This document shows positions 55,761-55,765 of a stretch of DNA of 55,765 nucleotides, in pieces (position 1 is the first letter of the stretch; every line of letters begins with the position of its first letter). The stretch covers positions 1-55,765 of IMG/VR virus record IMGVR_UViG_3300044236_001180. One strand, written 5' to 3'. This DNA is from a virus (lineage: Duplodnaviria; Caudoviricetes). A program made the translations under genes and the position numbers. Under the pieces are notes generated by a model. That model was not told the DNA's origin and made no database searches. It worked only from the letters and a program-made list of their open reading frames with translations.

Positions 55761-55765
55761 CTTTC

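Noticed and set aside
1-55765. Alternative genetic code, integrase/lysogeny module, or obvious metabolic auxiliary genes
   Set aside because: The standard code gives dense, coupled ORFs using all three stop codons; no recombinase or metabolic enzyme motifs recognised

Overview
A complete or nearly complete ~55.6 kb dsDNA tailed-phage genome (Caudoviricetes). It looks podovirus-like: no tape-measure or sheath gene is recognisable, and large internal virion proteins follow the tail genes. Bases 1-126 are repeated at 55635-55760. The + strand arm (165-40308) carries TerL, a 965-aa accessory protein, portal, a holin-like protein, GroES, scaffold, major capsid protein, many tiny basic proteins, adaptor/tail proteins, a long tail-fibre cassette (S74 chaperone, C1q-like modules), putative ejection proteins and a lysozyme. 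The - strand arm (40244-52872) carries PolA (Leu762 type), an SF1 helicase, an AEP-like primase, an SSB-like protein, a SNF2 helicase and many small early genes. TerS, a resolvase-like nuclease, a Gp88-like Cys-rich protein and a palindrome-rich terminal region close the genome. The layout recalls marine alphaproteobacterial phages (inference only). No integrase, RNR, tRNA, CRISPR or RT was seen. The most notable observations are: a shared xx-GG-x-hydrophobic motif (plus GIxx[LM] and FKGVF motifs) across many virion-module proteins; dispersed, strand-biased 7-bp tandem repeats; two structured intergenic RNA candidates; an unannotated overlapping ORF beginning MAISR like the capsid protein; and a HiPIP-like Cys protein. 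All protein calls are motif-based by eye; no database search was run.
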